A stretch of DNA of 64,000 bases from Fusobacteriaceae bacterium (GCA_051648365.1 JBOFEZ010000139.1:759-64758), one strand, 5' to 3'; positions 28,604 through 40,300 are shown, counted from the stretch's first letter. Translations and numbers: made by a program. Notes: generated by a model from the sequence alone, not told the origin.

Positions 28604-29071
28604 CTATACCTCCATATCTTTTAGTGCCTTATAATATGATGATTTTATAGTGGAAAGATTTATTTTTTTCATCTCGGCAATTTCTTTCAATTTATAACCG
28701 TATATATCTTTTAAAATTACAAGTTCTCTCTCATTCTCAGAAAGTTTTTCTAGTTGTTCTTTTAGCATCAAATTATTGTTTAAATCTACACCATCTTCAA
28801 TATCTAAAATCACCTCATTGAGTTCTAGATTAACTTTTTTCTTTTTAAAGAAATCATAAGTCTTATTGATGGCGATTTTATATATCCAAGTATATATATT
28901 ACTGTCAGATCTAAAACTCTTCAAATTTTTATAAACACTCATAAAAACTTCTTGAGCTATATCTTCTGCATCCTCTTCATTTTTTACACTTCCAAGGATT
29001 TTGTAGTATATTTTATCAAAGTACTCCTCGAATATTTTATCAAAATCCATCATATTTTTATTACCTTCCAT
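28604..29071 (-). CDS. ECF-type RNA polymerase sigma-70 family factor
   Basis: Region 2 (EDAEDIAQEVFMSVYKNLKSFRSDSNIYTWIYKIAINKTYDF) and region 4 HTH (ERELVILKDIYGYKLKEIAEMKKINLSTIKSSYYKALK). Alternative start at ATG 29053, preceded by ggaaggt. Confidence 0.8.
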   Translation of the reverse strand: MEGNKNMMDFDKIFEEYFDKIYYKILGSVKNEEDAEDIAQEVFMSVYKNLKSFRSDSNIYTWIYKIAINKTYDFFKKKKVNLELNEVILDIEDGVDLNNNLMLKEQLEKLSENERELVILKDIYGYKLKEIAEMKKINLSTIKSSYYKALKDMEV

Positions 29072-29086
29072 TTTAAATCGTATTAT

Positions 29087-29114
29087 TTAGACTACAAAAG
29101 TCTGGAAAAAGTTT
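29087..29114 (-). promoter_or_regulatory. candidate ECF (sigmaE-like) autoregulated promoter
   Basis: Minus strand reads AAACTT-17 nt-TCTAA, resembling the GGAACTT-N16/17-TCnAA class of ECF promoters. It lies immediately upstream of the sigma gene. Confidence 0.35.
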
Positions 29115-29121
29115 AAAATAA

Positions 29122-30171
29122 TTATTTTTTTTCTTTTAAATCTTCTTGTATCATTTTTTTAAGTTCAGGAAGTATCTCTTTTTCATCCACTTTTTTTACA
29201 ATTTCACCTTTTTTAAAAAGAAGCCCTATCCCTTTTCCACCGGCTACTCCATAATCAGCTTCACGAGCCTCACCAGGACCATTTACAACGCAACCCATAA
29301 CAGCTATTTTGAGATTTTCTTTTTGATTTTTAAATTCTATTTCAACTTCTTTAGCTAATTTGATAAGGTCTATTTCTGTTCTTCCACAAGTTGGACAAGA
29401 TATTATTTCTGTTCCTTTTCTTAACCCCAAAACCTTTAAAATTTCCTTTGCAACACGAATCTCTTCCACAGGATTTTCGGTTAGTGAAACTCTTATAGTA
29501 TTTCCAATCCCATCCAACAAAAGAGAGCCTATACCTATTGCTGATTTTATTGTTCCTTGAAATGCTGTTCCAGCTTCTGTCACTCCCAGATGTAAAGGGT
29601 AACTAGTCAATTTATCTATTTCTCTATATGCTTCCACCATCATTTTAATATTGCTTGCCTTTAGAGATAAAACTATATCTGAAAAATCCTGTTTTTCTAA
29701 TAGTGAAATATGATATAAAGCACTTTCTACCATTCCTTTTGCTGTGGGATGTCCATATTTTTCCAAAATATGTTTTTCTATAGAGCCCGAATTAACTCCT
29801 ATCCTGATTGGAACTTTATATTCCTTGGCTTTTTGTACAACTGCTCGTACATTTTCCTCAGAACCTATGTTTCCTGGATTTATCCTAAGTTTATCTATTC
29901 CATTTTCAATTGCCAAAATTGCCAATTTATAATCAAAATGTATGTCAGCTACCAAAGGAATAGTTACTCTTTTTTTTATATCTTTTATAGCTCCTGCAGC
30001 TTCAGGTGTATTGATAGTCATTCGAACCATCTGACAACCTTCTCTTTCAAGTTCAATTATCTGTTTTACTGTCGCATCTATATCTGCTGTATTGGTATTG
30101 GTCATCGATTGAATAATAACTTCATTTTTTCCACCAATTTCAAGTTTTCCTATCTTCACTATTTTTTTCAT
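29122..30171 (-). CDS. ispG: 4-hydroxy-3-methylbut-2-en-1-yl diphosphate synthase (flavodoxin)
   Basis: 349 aa. TIM-barrel N-domain ([15 protein letters not shown]) and [4Fe-4S] cysteines (ISCPTCGR ... [11 protein letters not shown]). Confidence 0.95.
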   Translation of the reverse strand: MKKIVKIGKLEIGGKNEVIIQSMTNTNTADIDATVKQIIELEREGCQMVRMTINTPEAAGAIKDIKKRVTIPLVADIHFDYKLAILAIENGIDKLRINPGNIGSEENVRAVVQKAKEYKVPIRIGVNSGSIEKHILEKYGHPTAKGMVESALYHISLLEKQDFSDIVLSLKASNIKMMVEAYREIDKLTSYPLHLGVTEAGTAFQGTIKSAIGIGSLLLDGIGNTIRVSLTENPVEEIRVAKEILKVLGLRKGTEIISCPTCGRTEIDLIKLAKEVEIEFKNQKENLKIAVMGCVVNGPGEAREADYGVAGGKGIGLLFKKGEIVKKVDEKEILPELKKMIQEDLKEKK

Positions 30172-30193
30172 ACAGGCTCCCTATATAAATTTT

Positions 30194-31240
30194 TTATTTA
30201 AGATATCTCATCGGATCCATTGTTTTTCCATTTCTTCTAATTTCAAAGTGAAGATGTGGACCTGTGGATCTTCCACTGTTTCCAGATTGGGCTATAAGTT
30301 GACCTGAGGCCACACTTTGACCCTGTTTTACATTGATTTTGTTCAGATGAGCATATCTTGTCTCATATCCATCATCATGACTTATTATTATAATTCTGCC
30401 ATATCCACTCATATATCCTGAAAATTTTATTCTTCCTTCTTTTGAAGCTTTTACATCTATGTATTTAGCTCTAAAGTCTACTCCAGCATGTTGAATATAT
30501 CTTTTTAAAACTGGATGAAGCCTTGTTCCATAAGGGCTGGTAATTCCAGTATATTTTATCGGCATTTTAAAATTCAGGGTTTTTATTATTTTTATATTTT
30601 CTTTTGTAGTTGGTGTTTTTTGACTTGGTTTTTTAGTTGGTATAACAGGTTTAGCAACTACAATTTTTATTGTTGGATCTTTAATATATATAATTTGACC
30701 TACTTTAAGAGTATTTTCTTTCACTTCATTATATTCTCTTATAATTTCTCTTTTTATATTAAATTTTTGAGCTATCCTAAAAACTGAATCTCCTTTTGCT
30801 ACCTTATACTCAATCACATTTTCTGATGGAATACTTATCTTATCCCCTATTTTTATTATTTTTCCTATATTTTTATTATTATATCTCAATACCTCTTCTT
30901 TTATTCCATACTTTTTAGCAATTATCGATATTGTCTCTCCTTTTTGAATCCTATGTTCCTTAAAGGTAATCGTTTTCACTCCAGTTTGCCCTTTCGGCTC
31001 CGTATCTTGCTCTTCCAACGGCTCTTCCAGTTCTTCTGAGTCTACTCCATACTCCCTGATAAGTGTGAAGAAGTTTCCTGTAAGCATTCGTTCTCCATCC
31101 TCTTCACTATCTTCAAGAGAATAATAATCAACGAATTTTTCCAAAGGAACAATCTCTTTATTAAATATATCTAGCTGCTCAATGCTGTATGAAAATATAA
31201 GAATTAAGATTATTAAGAAATTAAATCCTATTCTCTTCAA
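30194..31240 (-). CDS. M23 family metallopeptidase with two LysM domains
   Basis: 348 aa. N-terminal anchor or signal sequence. Two LysM repeats (HRIQKGETISIIAKKYG..., YKVAKGDSVFRIAQKFN...). M23 motifs HAGVDFRA and GPHLHFEIR. Confidence 0.9.
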   Translation of the reverse strand: MKRIGFNFLIILILIFSYSIEQLDIFNKEIVPLEKFVDYYSLEDSEEDGERMLTGNFFTLIREYGVDSEELEEPLEEQDTEPKGQTGVKTITFKEHRIQKGETISIIAKKYGIKEEVLRYNNKNIGKIIKIGDKISIPSENVIEYKVAKGDSVFRIAQKFNIKREIIREYNEVKENTLKVGQIIYIKDPTIKIVVAKPVIPTKKPSQKTPTTKENIKIIKTLNFKMPIKYTGITSPYGTRLHPVLKRYIQHAGVDFRAKYIDVKASKEGRIKFSGYMSGYGRIIIISHDDGYETRYAHLNKINVKQGQSVASGQLIAQSGNSGRSTGPHLHFEIRRNGKTMDPMRYLK

Positions 31241-31260
31241 TTTTTTCCCCTATCTAGTGT

Positions 31261-32478
31261 CTATTTTAAAAGTTCTTCATTACTTTTTGTTTCTGTTATT
31301 TTATCTATAATTTTTTTAGTTGCATTTACCTTATCTAATTGTGCCACATGTCTTCTTATATTCCATATTTTTTCCAACTGTTTTTTAGGTATAAGAAGTT
31401 CCTCTTTTCTTGTACCTGATTTTTGAATATCTATAGCCGGATAAACTCTTAATTCTGCAAGGGTTCTATCTAGCTGTATCTCTAGATTTCCTGTCCCTTT
31501 AAATTCTTCAAATATGACATCATCCATTTTACTTCCAGTGTCAATTAAGGCTGTTGCTATTATTGTAAGGCTTCCCCCATCTTTAATATTTCTAGCTGCT
31601 CCGAAAAATTTTTTAGGATAGTAGAGAGCACTTGGATCTATACCTCCTGAAATAAGTTTTCCGCTGGATGGAATAACAATATTATATGCTCTAGCAAGTC
31701 TTGTAAGCGAATCCATCAGAATTACCACGTGTTCTCCATCCTCAAGCTTTCTTTTTGCTCTTTCCAATATCATCTCTGTTATTTTAATATGATTTTTAGG
31801 ATCCTCATCAAAAGTTGAGGAAAAAACTTGAGCTCCTTTGACACTTTCTTTTATATCTGTAACCTCTTCCGGTCTTTCATCAATAAGAAGAATCCACACC
31901 TCAACATCTTTATTGTTCTCTATTATAGAGTTGGCTATATCGCTTATAAGCACTGTTTTTCCAGCTTTTGGAGGAGCTACTATAAGTCCTCTTTGACCTT
32001 TACCTATAGGTGCAATAAGATCTATTATTCTTCCAGAAATATTTTTAGCATTGGTTTCCAGTTTCAAAAGTTCAGTAGGATAAGATGGCTTTAGTTCATC
32101 AAAAGGAATTCTAGATTCAGCTTTCGTTGTTGTGCTTCCATTTACTAAAAGTACTTTTCTTAATCCATAATTTTTCTCTGTCCCTACTGCTTCCCTTACT
32201 TCTCCTACAACAGAATCTTCATTTCTTAATTTGAATTTCTTTATCTGAGTTGCTGATACATATACATCTTTCCCTACGTTTGTATCTCTTAAAAAGCCGT
32301 ATCCGTCTGCCAAAACATTGAGATTTCCCCAACCTAAAGACATTCCCTCATTGGCCCCGAAATATTCCTCTATCATTTCTATTATTTCAGCCTTTTTTGT
32401 TCTTGTTCCAAAATCTAAATCTAACTGTTTTCCAATCTCAATTATCTCTTTTAATAAAAATCTTTCCAGATTCTGCAT
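31261..32478 (-). CDS. rho: transcription termination factor Rho
   Basis: 405 aa. N-terminal RNA-binding domain (GYGFLR) and Walker A APPKAGKT. RecA-type core. Confidence 0.95.
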   Translation of the reverse strand: MQNLERFLLKEIIEIGKQLDLDFGTRTKKAEIIEMIEEYFGANEGMSLGWGNLNVLADGYGFLRDTNVGKDVYVSATQIKKFKLRNEDSVVGEVREAVGTEKNYGLRKVLLVNGSTTTKAESRIPFDELKPSYPTELLKLETNAKNISGRIIDLIAPIGKGQRGLIVAPPKAGKTVLISDIANSIIENNKDVEVWILLIDERPEEVTDIKESVKGAQVFSSTFDEDPKNHIKITEMILERAKRKLEDGEHVVILMDSLTRLARAYNIVIPSSGKLISGGIDPSALYYPKKFFGAARNIKDGGSLTIIATALIDTGSKMDDVIFEEFKGTGNLEIQLDRTLAELRVYPAIDIQKSGTRKEELLIPKKQLEKIWNIRRHVAQLDKVNATKKIIDKITETKSNEELLK

Positions 32479-32490
32479 CTGACCTCCAAG

Positions 32491-33798
32491 TTAAACTATA
32501 TCTCCATATAGTGTCCACGTTTTACACTGATTTATTTTTATATTTACAAACTCTCCAGCTAGCGCTGGATCTCCTTTGAATATAACCACTTTATTTGTAT
32601 TGGTTCTTCCTGTCAGCATCTCTTTATTTTTTCTACTTTCCCCTTCTACTAGAACTTTTTCTATTTTCCCCATATATTTTTCACTAGAATTTTTTGACAT
32701 TCTATTTTGAAGATTTATAAGCCTCTGAAGTCTCTCTTTTTTCACTTCATCATCTATTTGTCCATCCATTTTTGCTGCTGCTGTCCCTTTCCTTATAGAA
32801 TACATAAACATAAATGCTGTTTCATATCCAATTTTTTCGACAACATCAAGGGTGTCTTGGAAGTCCTCTTCTGTCTCATTTGGGAATCCCACTATTACAT
32901 CGGCAGTAAGAGATATATCTGGTATTCTGTCCTTCATTTTTTGGGCTAAAGACAGATATTGCTCCTTTGTATATCCCCTGTTCATGAGTTTCAATATTCT
33001 ACTAGAACCTGATTGCAAAGGTACGTGCACAGATTTGGTTATCTTTTTAGCGTTTGCTATAACCTCTATTACATCATCTGAAAAATCTCTAGGGTGTGGA
33101 GATATAAATCTTACCCAAAAATCACCATCTATCTCATCTATAGCAGATAAGAGTTTGGCAAAATTTTCACCTGTCTCTAAATCTTTCCCATAAGAATTCA
33201 CATTCTGCCCAAGAAGAATTATCTCTTTATAATTTTTCTTTACATATCCTTTTATCTCTTCGATTATTTGGTCCATAGGCACAGATCTTTCACGACCTCT
33301 TACATATGGAACTATACAGTAAGTACAGAAATTATTGCATCCATAAGTGATTGGTACTGAAGCCGTAAACTTAGAATCAAATTCGGCATCTAAATTTGGA
33401 GGAAGTTCATCTTCAGCTCCTACATATATAACACTTTTGAAGTCTCCACTCTCTATTTTTTCTATAGCTTGAGGAATTTTACCTATATTCTGATTTCCCA
33501 TAACAATATCTATTATAGGGAATTTTTTAGCCAGCTCTTCTCCTTGTTCTTGAGCAAAACAACCAGTTATTCCTATTATAGTCCCTTGCTTTTCTTTTTG
33601 GATTTTTAACTCTCCTAATTTTCCATAAATTTGAGTCGCAGCGCCCTCCCTAACTGTGCATGTATTCAGAAAAACCGCATCAGTTTCACTTAATTCTTCT
33701 GTTATTTCATACCCCATATTTTGAAGCATTTTTTTTATTTTAGCACTTTCGTTGACATTCATTTGGCAACCATAAGTGATTATCATAGCTTTTTTCAA
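32491..33798 (-). CDS. miaB: tRNA-2-methylthio-N6-dimethylallyladenosine synthase
   Basis: 435 aa. N-terminal UPF0004 cysteines (YGCQMN, NTCTVRE), radical SAM CNNFCTYC and a TRAM C-terminus. TTG start after ggagg. Confidence 0.9.
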   Translation of the reverse strand: MKKAMIITYGCQMNVNESAKIKKMLQNMGYEITEELSETDAVFLNTCTVREGAATQIYGKLGELKIQKEKQGTIIGITGCFAQEQGEELAKKFPIIDIVMGNQNIGKIPQAIEKIESGDFKSVIYVGAEDELPPNLDAEFDSKFTASVPITYGCNNFCTYCIVPYVRGRERSVPMDQIIEEIKGYVKKNYKEIILLGQNVNSYGKDLETGENFAKLLSAIDEIDGDFWVRFISPHPRDFSDDVIEVIANAKKITKSVHVPLQSGSSRILKLMNRGYTKEQYLSLAQKMKDRIPDISLTADVIVGFPNETEEDFQDTLDVVEKIGYETAFMFMYSIRKGTAAAKMDGQIDDEVKKERLQRLINLQNRMSKNSSEKYMGKIEKVLVEGESRKNKEMLTGRTNTNKVVIFKGDPALAGEFVNIKINQCKTWTLYGDIV

Positions 33799-34014
33799 TT
33801 TTTTACCTCCTAATACTCTATAAGTGTATTTTTATTTTAAACGTCTAAAACAAATATATTCTAAGCCCATTTTAACATAATATTATATCATAATTTTTTT
33901 TAATTTCAAAAATATATTTTGCCTTAAAAACTTTCTTTAATAGTTAAAAATAAAAAGGAAATACCTTTTTTTAATCATAAATACTCTAAGAAGCATTTCA
34001 TAAGGAGGAGAAGT

Positions 34015-36270
34015 ATGTCTAAAAAAATCAATTTGGTTTTTATTTTGTTAATTTTATCTCTCTCAACTTTTGCTGCTAGCAGAGGTATTGGGATAATACT
34101 CCCTGGATTTGAAAAGGGTGCATATTTTGAGAACATCATACAGGAAGAACTTAATATCAACTTTGAAGGAAGTGGTATTACTCCAAAAATTATCGAACGT
34201 AGATATCTAGATCGGGGTTCTTTAAAAGAAAATGTAAATCTCATGTTAAAAAACCCCAATGTGGAAGGTGTTTTTGTCCTCAATTATAACGAGGAAATCT
34301 ACATTCCGAAAACAGGGAAATTTATAACTTATCCTTTAGGGCTCCGCTCTCTAGATAAAAAAATCCCTAAAAATATCTCCTATATTTACAGTGAGCCCGA
34401 TCTAATTTCAAACGTGAATAAGATTAGAGAGATAAAAGAGATCAAAAGAGTTACCGTAGTTACTTCTGATAATGAAAAATATTTTTCAAAAAAATTGAAA
34501 GCAGATATGAAAAAACTTGGGATAGAATCCAAATTTATCTCTGAACACCTTTCTTCTGAAGAATTAAAAAAAAGTTTCGAAAATTCTGATTTAGTATACC
34601 TAATTTCAAACGATAACTCCATAATTTCTTCAGCAAATCTAGCTACTGCTATGAATATTCCAACTTTCATTCTATCTTTAAATCCAGAAGGAAATCAGAA
34701 TTCTCTTATGGGCTATTCTCTCAATTCTGAATTGAAGAGAAGGATAAGAACAGGTGCCTTTAATTTTTATAATTTTATAATTGGTGATATAGAAAATGGC
34801 GTAGAGAATTTAGGAGTACTCGATGATGATCTTTTTTTCAATACTGAAATAGCAAATAAAATTGGAGTTTATCCTAATGTTCTTTTTATACAGGGAATGA
34901 ATCTTGTCAAAGAAAAAAATAGAACTCAAAAAATGAAACTATCTTTTAAAGAAGCTATTCAGATGGGTCTAAATAACAACCCTGCTCTCAAATCCTCTAA
35001 AAGTGCAATAGAGAGTCAGAATTACAGTTATTTTGCCGCTATCTCCAAGTTGCTTCCTCAAGCAGGGGGTACTCTACAGTATAACAAACAGGATAAAGAT
35101 TTAGTGAATGTCTTATCTGGTCCTGAAAATAGCACAGTTGGAACTATTGCAGCTTCTCAAGTTATTTTTGACGATTCTCTCAATGCAAATATCTACAGTG
35201 AAAAATTGTTTTTCGAAAATAGTAAACTTCAGTATAATCAGTCTGTTTTAGATTATATTTTCAATATTTCAAAAACTTACTTGTCTATACTTCAGAGCAA
35301 GGCACAATTGGATATTCAAACCAATAACTATAATCTAATAAAAGAATTCTTGAGAATAAGTAAGGTGAAATATGAAACTGGAGCGACTGGGATTCAGGAC
35401 GTATATAGAATGGAAAGTACGCTCTCAGAGGTTACTTCGGCTCTTTCTTCTGTTACTGCACAGCTAAGAAATCTTGAAATATCTCTTAACACTCTGCTTA
35501 ATGCCCCTGTTGATATGAGATATGAATATGAAAATGTCGCTGATCTTTCCAAAGAATTTTTCTTGGGCGAGGATTTTTTAGATAAATTTCTACTCAATGA
35601 AGATAAAGACCGTCTGCTTTTTGACTTTCTTTCTAGAGTTGCAATTGAAAATTCAAATCAGCTTTCAGCATTAGAAAACAATATTAAAATTTTGAAAAGA
35701 CAAAGCACAAGCCTAACAACTTCAAGGATTATTCCTAAAATTTCTGCCTTTGGCCAATATAACAAAAATAATATTATTGATTCTTGGGGAGAGGGGAGTT
35801 CAAATTATGATCCGACAAATGGTTGGCGTGCAGGAATCATGGCCGAAATTCCTTTGTTTACAGGTGGAGAAATTACCATGGCTAAAAAAAGTCTTGAGTC
35901 TCAAATTGATTCTTTAGATTATCAAAAAGAAAATCTAAAAAATGAGATTACTGAAAATATCAATGCTCTTTCAACTCTTTTATTAAACGATTATGTTCAA
36001 ACTTACACCACAAATAAAGCTGCAGAATCAGCTAAAAAAAGTTTAGAAATATCTACAAATCTCTATGCTGTAGGATCTATATCTGTGACTGAGATTTTAG
36101 ATGCAAGAAACGCTGCTCTTTCAGCTGAACTTTCCAATACTATAAGTAGATATAGCTTCTTAATATCTGCTATAAATTTGGAAAGAGCCATCGGAAAATA
36201 CAAGATTTTTGCAAGTGAAGAGGAAAAAGTTCAGGATATAAAAAATCTTGAAAGAGTTATCGGAAAATAG
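34015..36270 (+). CDS. TolC-family outer-membrane efflux protein with roughly 300-aa N-terminal periplasmic-binding-protein-like extension
   Basis: 751 aa. Signal peptide ending TFAA-S. aa 308-751 show the TolC/OEP repeat pattern (LSFKEAIQMGLNNNPALKSSKSAIESQNY ... ). aa 22-300 follow the ABC_sub_bind / type I PBP pattern (KRVTVVTSDNE..., KKLGIESKF..., SDLVYLISNDNSIISSA, NIPTFILS..., LMGYSLNS...). SD aaggagg. Confidence 0.75.
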   Translation: MSKKINLVFILLILSLSTFAASRGIGIILPGFEKGAYFENIIQEELNINFEGSGITPKIIERRYLDRGSLKENVNLMLKNPNVEGVFVLNYNEEIYIPKTGKFITYPLGLRSLDKKIPKNISYIYSEPDLISNVNKIREIKEIKRVTVVTSDNEKYFSKKLKADMKKLGIESKFISEHLSSEELKKSFENSDLVYLISNDNSIISSANLATAMNIPTFILSLNPEGNQNSLMGYSLNSELKRRIRTGAFNFYNFIIGDIENGVENLGVLDDDLFFNTEIANKIGVYPNVLFIQGMNLVKEKNRTQKMKLSFKEAIQMGLNNNPALKSSKSAIESQNYSYFAAISKLLPQAGGTLQYNKQDKDLVNVLSGPENSTVGTIAASQVIFDDSLNANIYSEKLFFENSKLQYNQSVLDYIFNISKTYLSILQSKAQLDIQTNNYNLIKEFLRISKVKYETGATGIQDVYRMESTLSEVTSALSSVTAQLRNLEISLNTLLNAPVDMRYEYENVADLSKEFFLGEDFLDKFLLNEDKDRLLFDFLSRVAIENSNQLSALENNIKILKRQSTSLTTSRIIPKISAFGQYNKNNIIDSWGEGSSNYDPTNGWRAGIMAEIPLFTGGEITMAKKSLESQIDSLDYQKENLKNEITENINALSTLLLNDYVQTYTTNKAAESAKKSLEISTNLYAVGSISVTEILDARNAALSAELSNTISRYSFLISAINLERAIGKYKIFASEEEKVQDIKNLERVIGK

Positions 36271-36279
36271 GAGGAAGAG

Positions 36280-37374
36280 ATGAAAAATAAATTTATTTTT
36301 ATACTTATACTAACTGCACTTTTAGGTTGCGAAAAAAAGGAAGCTCTTGTTGAAAACAATCTAGAAGTCCGTCCAGTCAAATATATGGTTATAAATACTG
36401 AGAATTCATTTGCTACTAAGGAATTTTCTGGAACTTTAGCTCCTGCTATAATTTCAGAATTAAGTTTCAGAGTTTCAGGAACGATGGTTGAAAAATATGT
36501 CAACCTTGGAAGTAAAGTAAAAAAAGGAGATATTTTAGCAAAATTAGATCCTTCTGAATATAGAATAAAATTCGATGGAATCCGAGCTCAATATCAAGAG
36601 GCTGAAGCAAAAATCATGAATGCTAAATCAATTTTTTCGCGTTCAAAAACTCTTTTTTTAGGAAATAGTATTTCTAAAAATCAATATGATCAAGATAAAG
36701 CTAACTACCAAGCTGCACTTGCACAACTTGAAGTTGCCGCACAAAATAGAGATTTTGCTGAAACCCAGCTTGAATATACTGTTTTAAAAGCTCCTTCTGA
36801 TGGAATTATAGCCCAAGTGGATACTCAATTAAATGAATCTGTTAATTCTGGAACTCCTGTTTTTACTCTTAGTGAATCCGGAGAACTCCAAGCTGTTTTT
36901 TCTGTCTCTGATTCTGTAATCAATAAACTCTATGAAAATCAGATTGTATCCGTTACATCTATTAGTAATGGAGAGATATTCAAGGGCAAAATTACTAATA
37001 TAGGAGCTGTTTCTAATGCTTATGGAAATACATTCCCCGTAAAAGCAAGTATAATAAATCCAACTTCATCCCTCAAACCAGGTATGACTCTTTCGGTTAA
37101 AGTCGATTTTAAAAATGAGAATGCTGGAGCCATTTACACTCCTGTAAACAGTGTTCAATTAGATAATGATGGTAAAAATTTTGTCATGGTTCTTACAAAT
37201 ATAAAAGATGGAATTGCTCTTGTAGAAAAAAAATATGTTACTACTGGAGAAGTTAATAGCATAGGAATTGAAATAATTTCAGGATTAAATTCTGGAGACT
37301 ATATAGTAACTTCTGGAAATACTGTTATTTCCAATGGACAAAATGTTAAATTAGGAGTGAAGGAGGAGGAATAA
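36280..37374 (+). CDS. efflux RND transporter periplasmic adaptor (membrane fusion protein), lipoprotein
   Basis: 364 aa. Lipobox LTALLGC. Lipoyl/hairpin segments (KKGDILAKLDPSEY, LKAPSDGIIAQV). SD aggagg. Confidence 0.9.
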   Translation: MKNKFIFILILTALLGCEKKEALVENNLEVRPVKYMVINTENSFATKEFSGTLAPAIISELSFRVSGTMVEKYVNLGSKVKKGDILAKLDPSEYRIKFDGIRAQYQEAEAKIMNAKSIFSRSKTLFLGNSISKNQYDQDKANYQAALAQLEVAAQNRDFAETQLEYTVLKAPSDGIIAQVDTQLNESVNSGTPVFTLSESGELQAVFSVSDSVINKLYENQIVSVTSISNGEIFKGKITNIGAVSNAYGNTFPVKASIINPTSSLKPGMTLSVKVDFKNENAGAIYTPVNSVQLDNDGKNFVMVLTNIKDGIALVEKKYVTTGEVNSIGIEIISGLNSGDYIVTSGNTVISNGQNVKLGVKEEE

Positions 37375-37375
37375 T

Positions 37376-40300
37376 ATGAGCATAACATCCCTGGCTATAA
37401 AAAATAGAGTATCTACCTATCTCTTCGTTTTACTTCTTTGTTTCTTTGGAGTTTTTGCGTATCTCTCTTCGGAAAAAGCTGAAGATCCGGGTTATACGAT
37501 AAAAACTGCTGTTATCACTACTAATTGGCCTGGAGCCACAGCTCAGCAAATGGCTGAACTTGTAAGTAAACAGATTCAAGATGAGGTTAGAAGTATGGAG
37601 TCTTTAGACTATGTAGACTCTAAAAATCTACCTGGACAGTCAAATGTCTACGTAAATTTAAAAGCTAAGTATTGGAATCCTGATCCTGAATGGACCCAAC
37701 TTAGAAATAAAATTGAATTTGTAATTCCAAAACTTCCGCAGGGAGTTCAAAAACCTCTTATCAATACGTACTTCGGTGATGTTTATGGTACCGTCGCAGC
37801 TCTAAGTAGCAACGATCTTACTTATGATGAGCTCTATTCTCAAGCTGAAGACCTCAAAAGTCTACTACTTTTCAAAGTTCCTGAAATAGGTCAGATTCAG
37901 ATTACAGGAGTTCAACAGGACGTTATTTATATAAAAATTGATAACGATAAAATGGCCACTATGGGTATAAGTTTAAACCAAATTGTTCAAGGTCTTCAAT
38001 CAGCAAATGTAATACTCCGTAATGCTTCTATCCTCGATGTAGAAAACCGTATAACTGTGAACCCTTCGGGTGCTTTTACTAGTATAGAAGATATTGGTAA
38101 GGTTGTTTTAGCTGGAAAGTCTACAGCTCAAAGAATATACCTTCAAGAAATTGCACAAATTGAAAAAGGTTATATAGACCCCCCATCTCTTCTTACTTAT
38201 AACGGAGAAAACAAGTCTATTGTTTTAGCTATGAGTTTAAGTTCTGGACAAAACATTTTAAAATTAGGAGAAGGGGTAAAAAAAGTTTTAAGTGAATATA
38301 AAAAAAATCTCCCTCTTGGAACAGATTTGACTTTAGTTTATAATCAGTCGTCTATTGTCGATGATAAAATTTCAGGATTTCTCTCAAGCCTTATACAAGC
38401 TATAATTATTATTGTGGCTATTATGTTTGGATTCCTAGGTATCCAATCGGGATTAATAGTAGCTTCTCTTACTCCCACAACAATCGCAGTTACTCTTATC
38501 GGACTTTATATATTCGGTTATGGAATAAATCAAATGACACTTGCTGGTCTTATCATAGCATTGGGAATGTTGGTGGATAATGCTGTAGTTATGGCTGAAA
38601 ATATAATGGTTCTTTCTCAAAAAGGAATGAATAAGATGGATGCCTGTCTAGAATCAGCAAGAGCTTTAGCTATTCCTCTTTTTACAGGTTCTATGACCAC
38701 TGCCGCAGCTTTTCTTCCTGTTATCACTAATCAGGAATCTATGGGGGAATATGTTGGACCGATGGCTATAGTTGTATTTATAGCTCTTACAGCATCTTGG
38801 GCTTTAAATCAAACTTTTATCCCTCTTTTATGTTATGATTTCCTTGATACAACAAAACAGAAAAAAATAGATTTCAACAATGATAAAATGTATACTTCAT
38901 ATAGAAATATCCTTATTCTTGCTCTCAAGAATTACAAAATTTCCATGACATTAGCTCTATGTTCCTTTGCATTTGGAGTTTTTTTATTCAAATTTATTCC
39001 TAATAGCTTTATGCCCGAAGGAACAACACCAGTTATGGCTAGTTATATAAGAATGCCTAAGGGTACTTCTATTGAAACAACCAACGAGGTAGTAAAAGAT
39101 CTTAACAGACACATAAAGGAAAACTATTTTATCGGAGATACCGACCCTAATCCACCTACATTTCTAGACTATATACTCACTGGAGGAACAACAAAGATTT
39201 ATGAAAAAGACGGAATCAAAAGTTGGGAATCATATGTGGGTGGAGGAGGACCTCGTTATACTTTGGGTTATACTCCTGAATTAAATCTTCCAGAATTTGC
39301 TTACGTTCTATATAATGTTACATCTGCTGATCTTACTGAAAAATACTCGAATGAAATAAACAGATATCTTCAAGGTAAATATCCGAATATAACCGTTACG
39401 AGTAAATCACTTCAAGAAGGTCCTACATCAGAATTTGAACTGGGTTACCAATTTATATCCCCAGATTTAAAACTTATAAGAGAAATAGCAGAAGAGGTTA
39501 AGGAAAAGTTACGAACTGTTAGTGGAATTAGAGTTGTATCTGATAACTGGGGAAATTTTGTTCCTCAAATAGATGTACAAATCGATTATAATAAAGCCAT
39601 TTTAGCAGGTCTTACTTCCTCTGAAATTGGAGAGGCTTTACAATATTCTCTTCAAGGCTATAATTCTACCTCTTTCTATGATTTCAATGCACCACCTAAA
39701 AACACAACAGTTCCTATTACTATTAAAGGAACCCGTAATTACAAAGATAAGCTACAAGCCTTGAAAGAGCTTGAAATTACAAACAAGCAAGGACAATCTG
39801 TGGCACTTCAACAAGTTGCCAATCTAAAACTTAACTATGTCCCTAATTTTGTTTATACAAGAGATCTTAACTATGCTATTCAAGTTGATGCTGGAATAGA
39901 AACGGGATATACTCCCAATGATCTTCATGCCCTTATCAATTCTTGGATTAAGAAAAGAATGGCTGAGGAATGGGAATCTAAAGGAGCTCAATATAAAGTT
40001 TCGGGAATGATGAAAACTTCAGAAGAAAATTCAAAGGGATTGAGTGCTGGACTTCCTATTGCATTACTTATAATGCTAACCTTAGTCATAGCTCAGTTCA
40101 ACTCTATAAAAAAAGGATTAATCATAATGTTGACTATCCCTCTTTCTCTTTTAGGGTGCTCTCTTGGACTTCTGATTACAGGGTTAGATTTAGGATTTAT
40201 GGCTATTGTGGGAGTTATCTCTCTAGCTGGTGTTGTTCTTAATCACAGTATAATTCTTATTGATAGAATAACCATTGAAAAGGAAGAATTGAAACGAACT

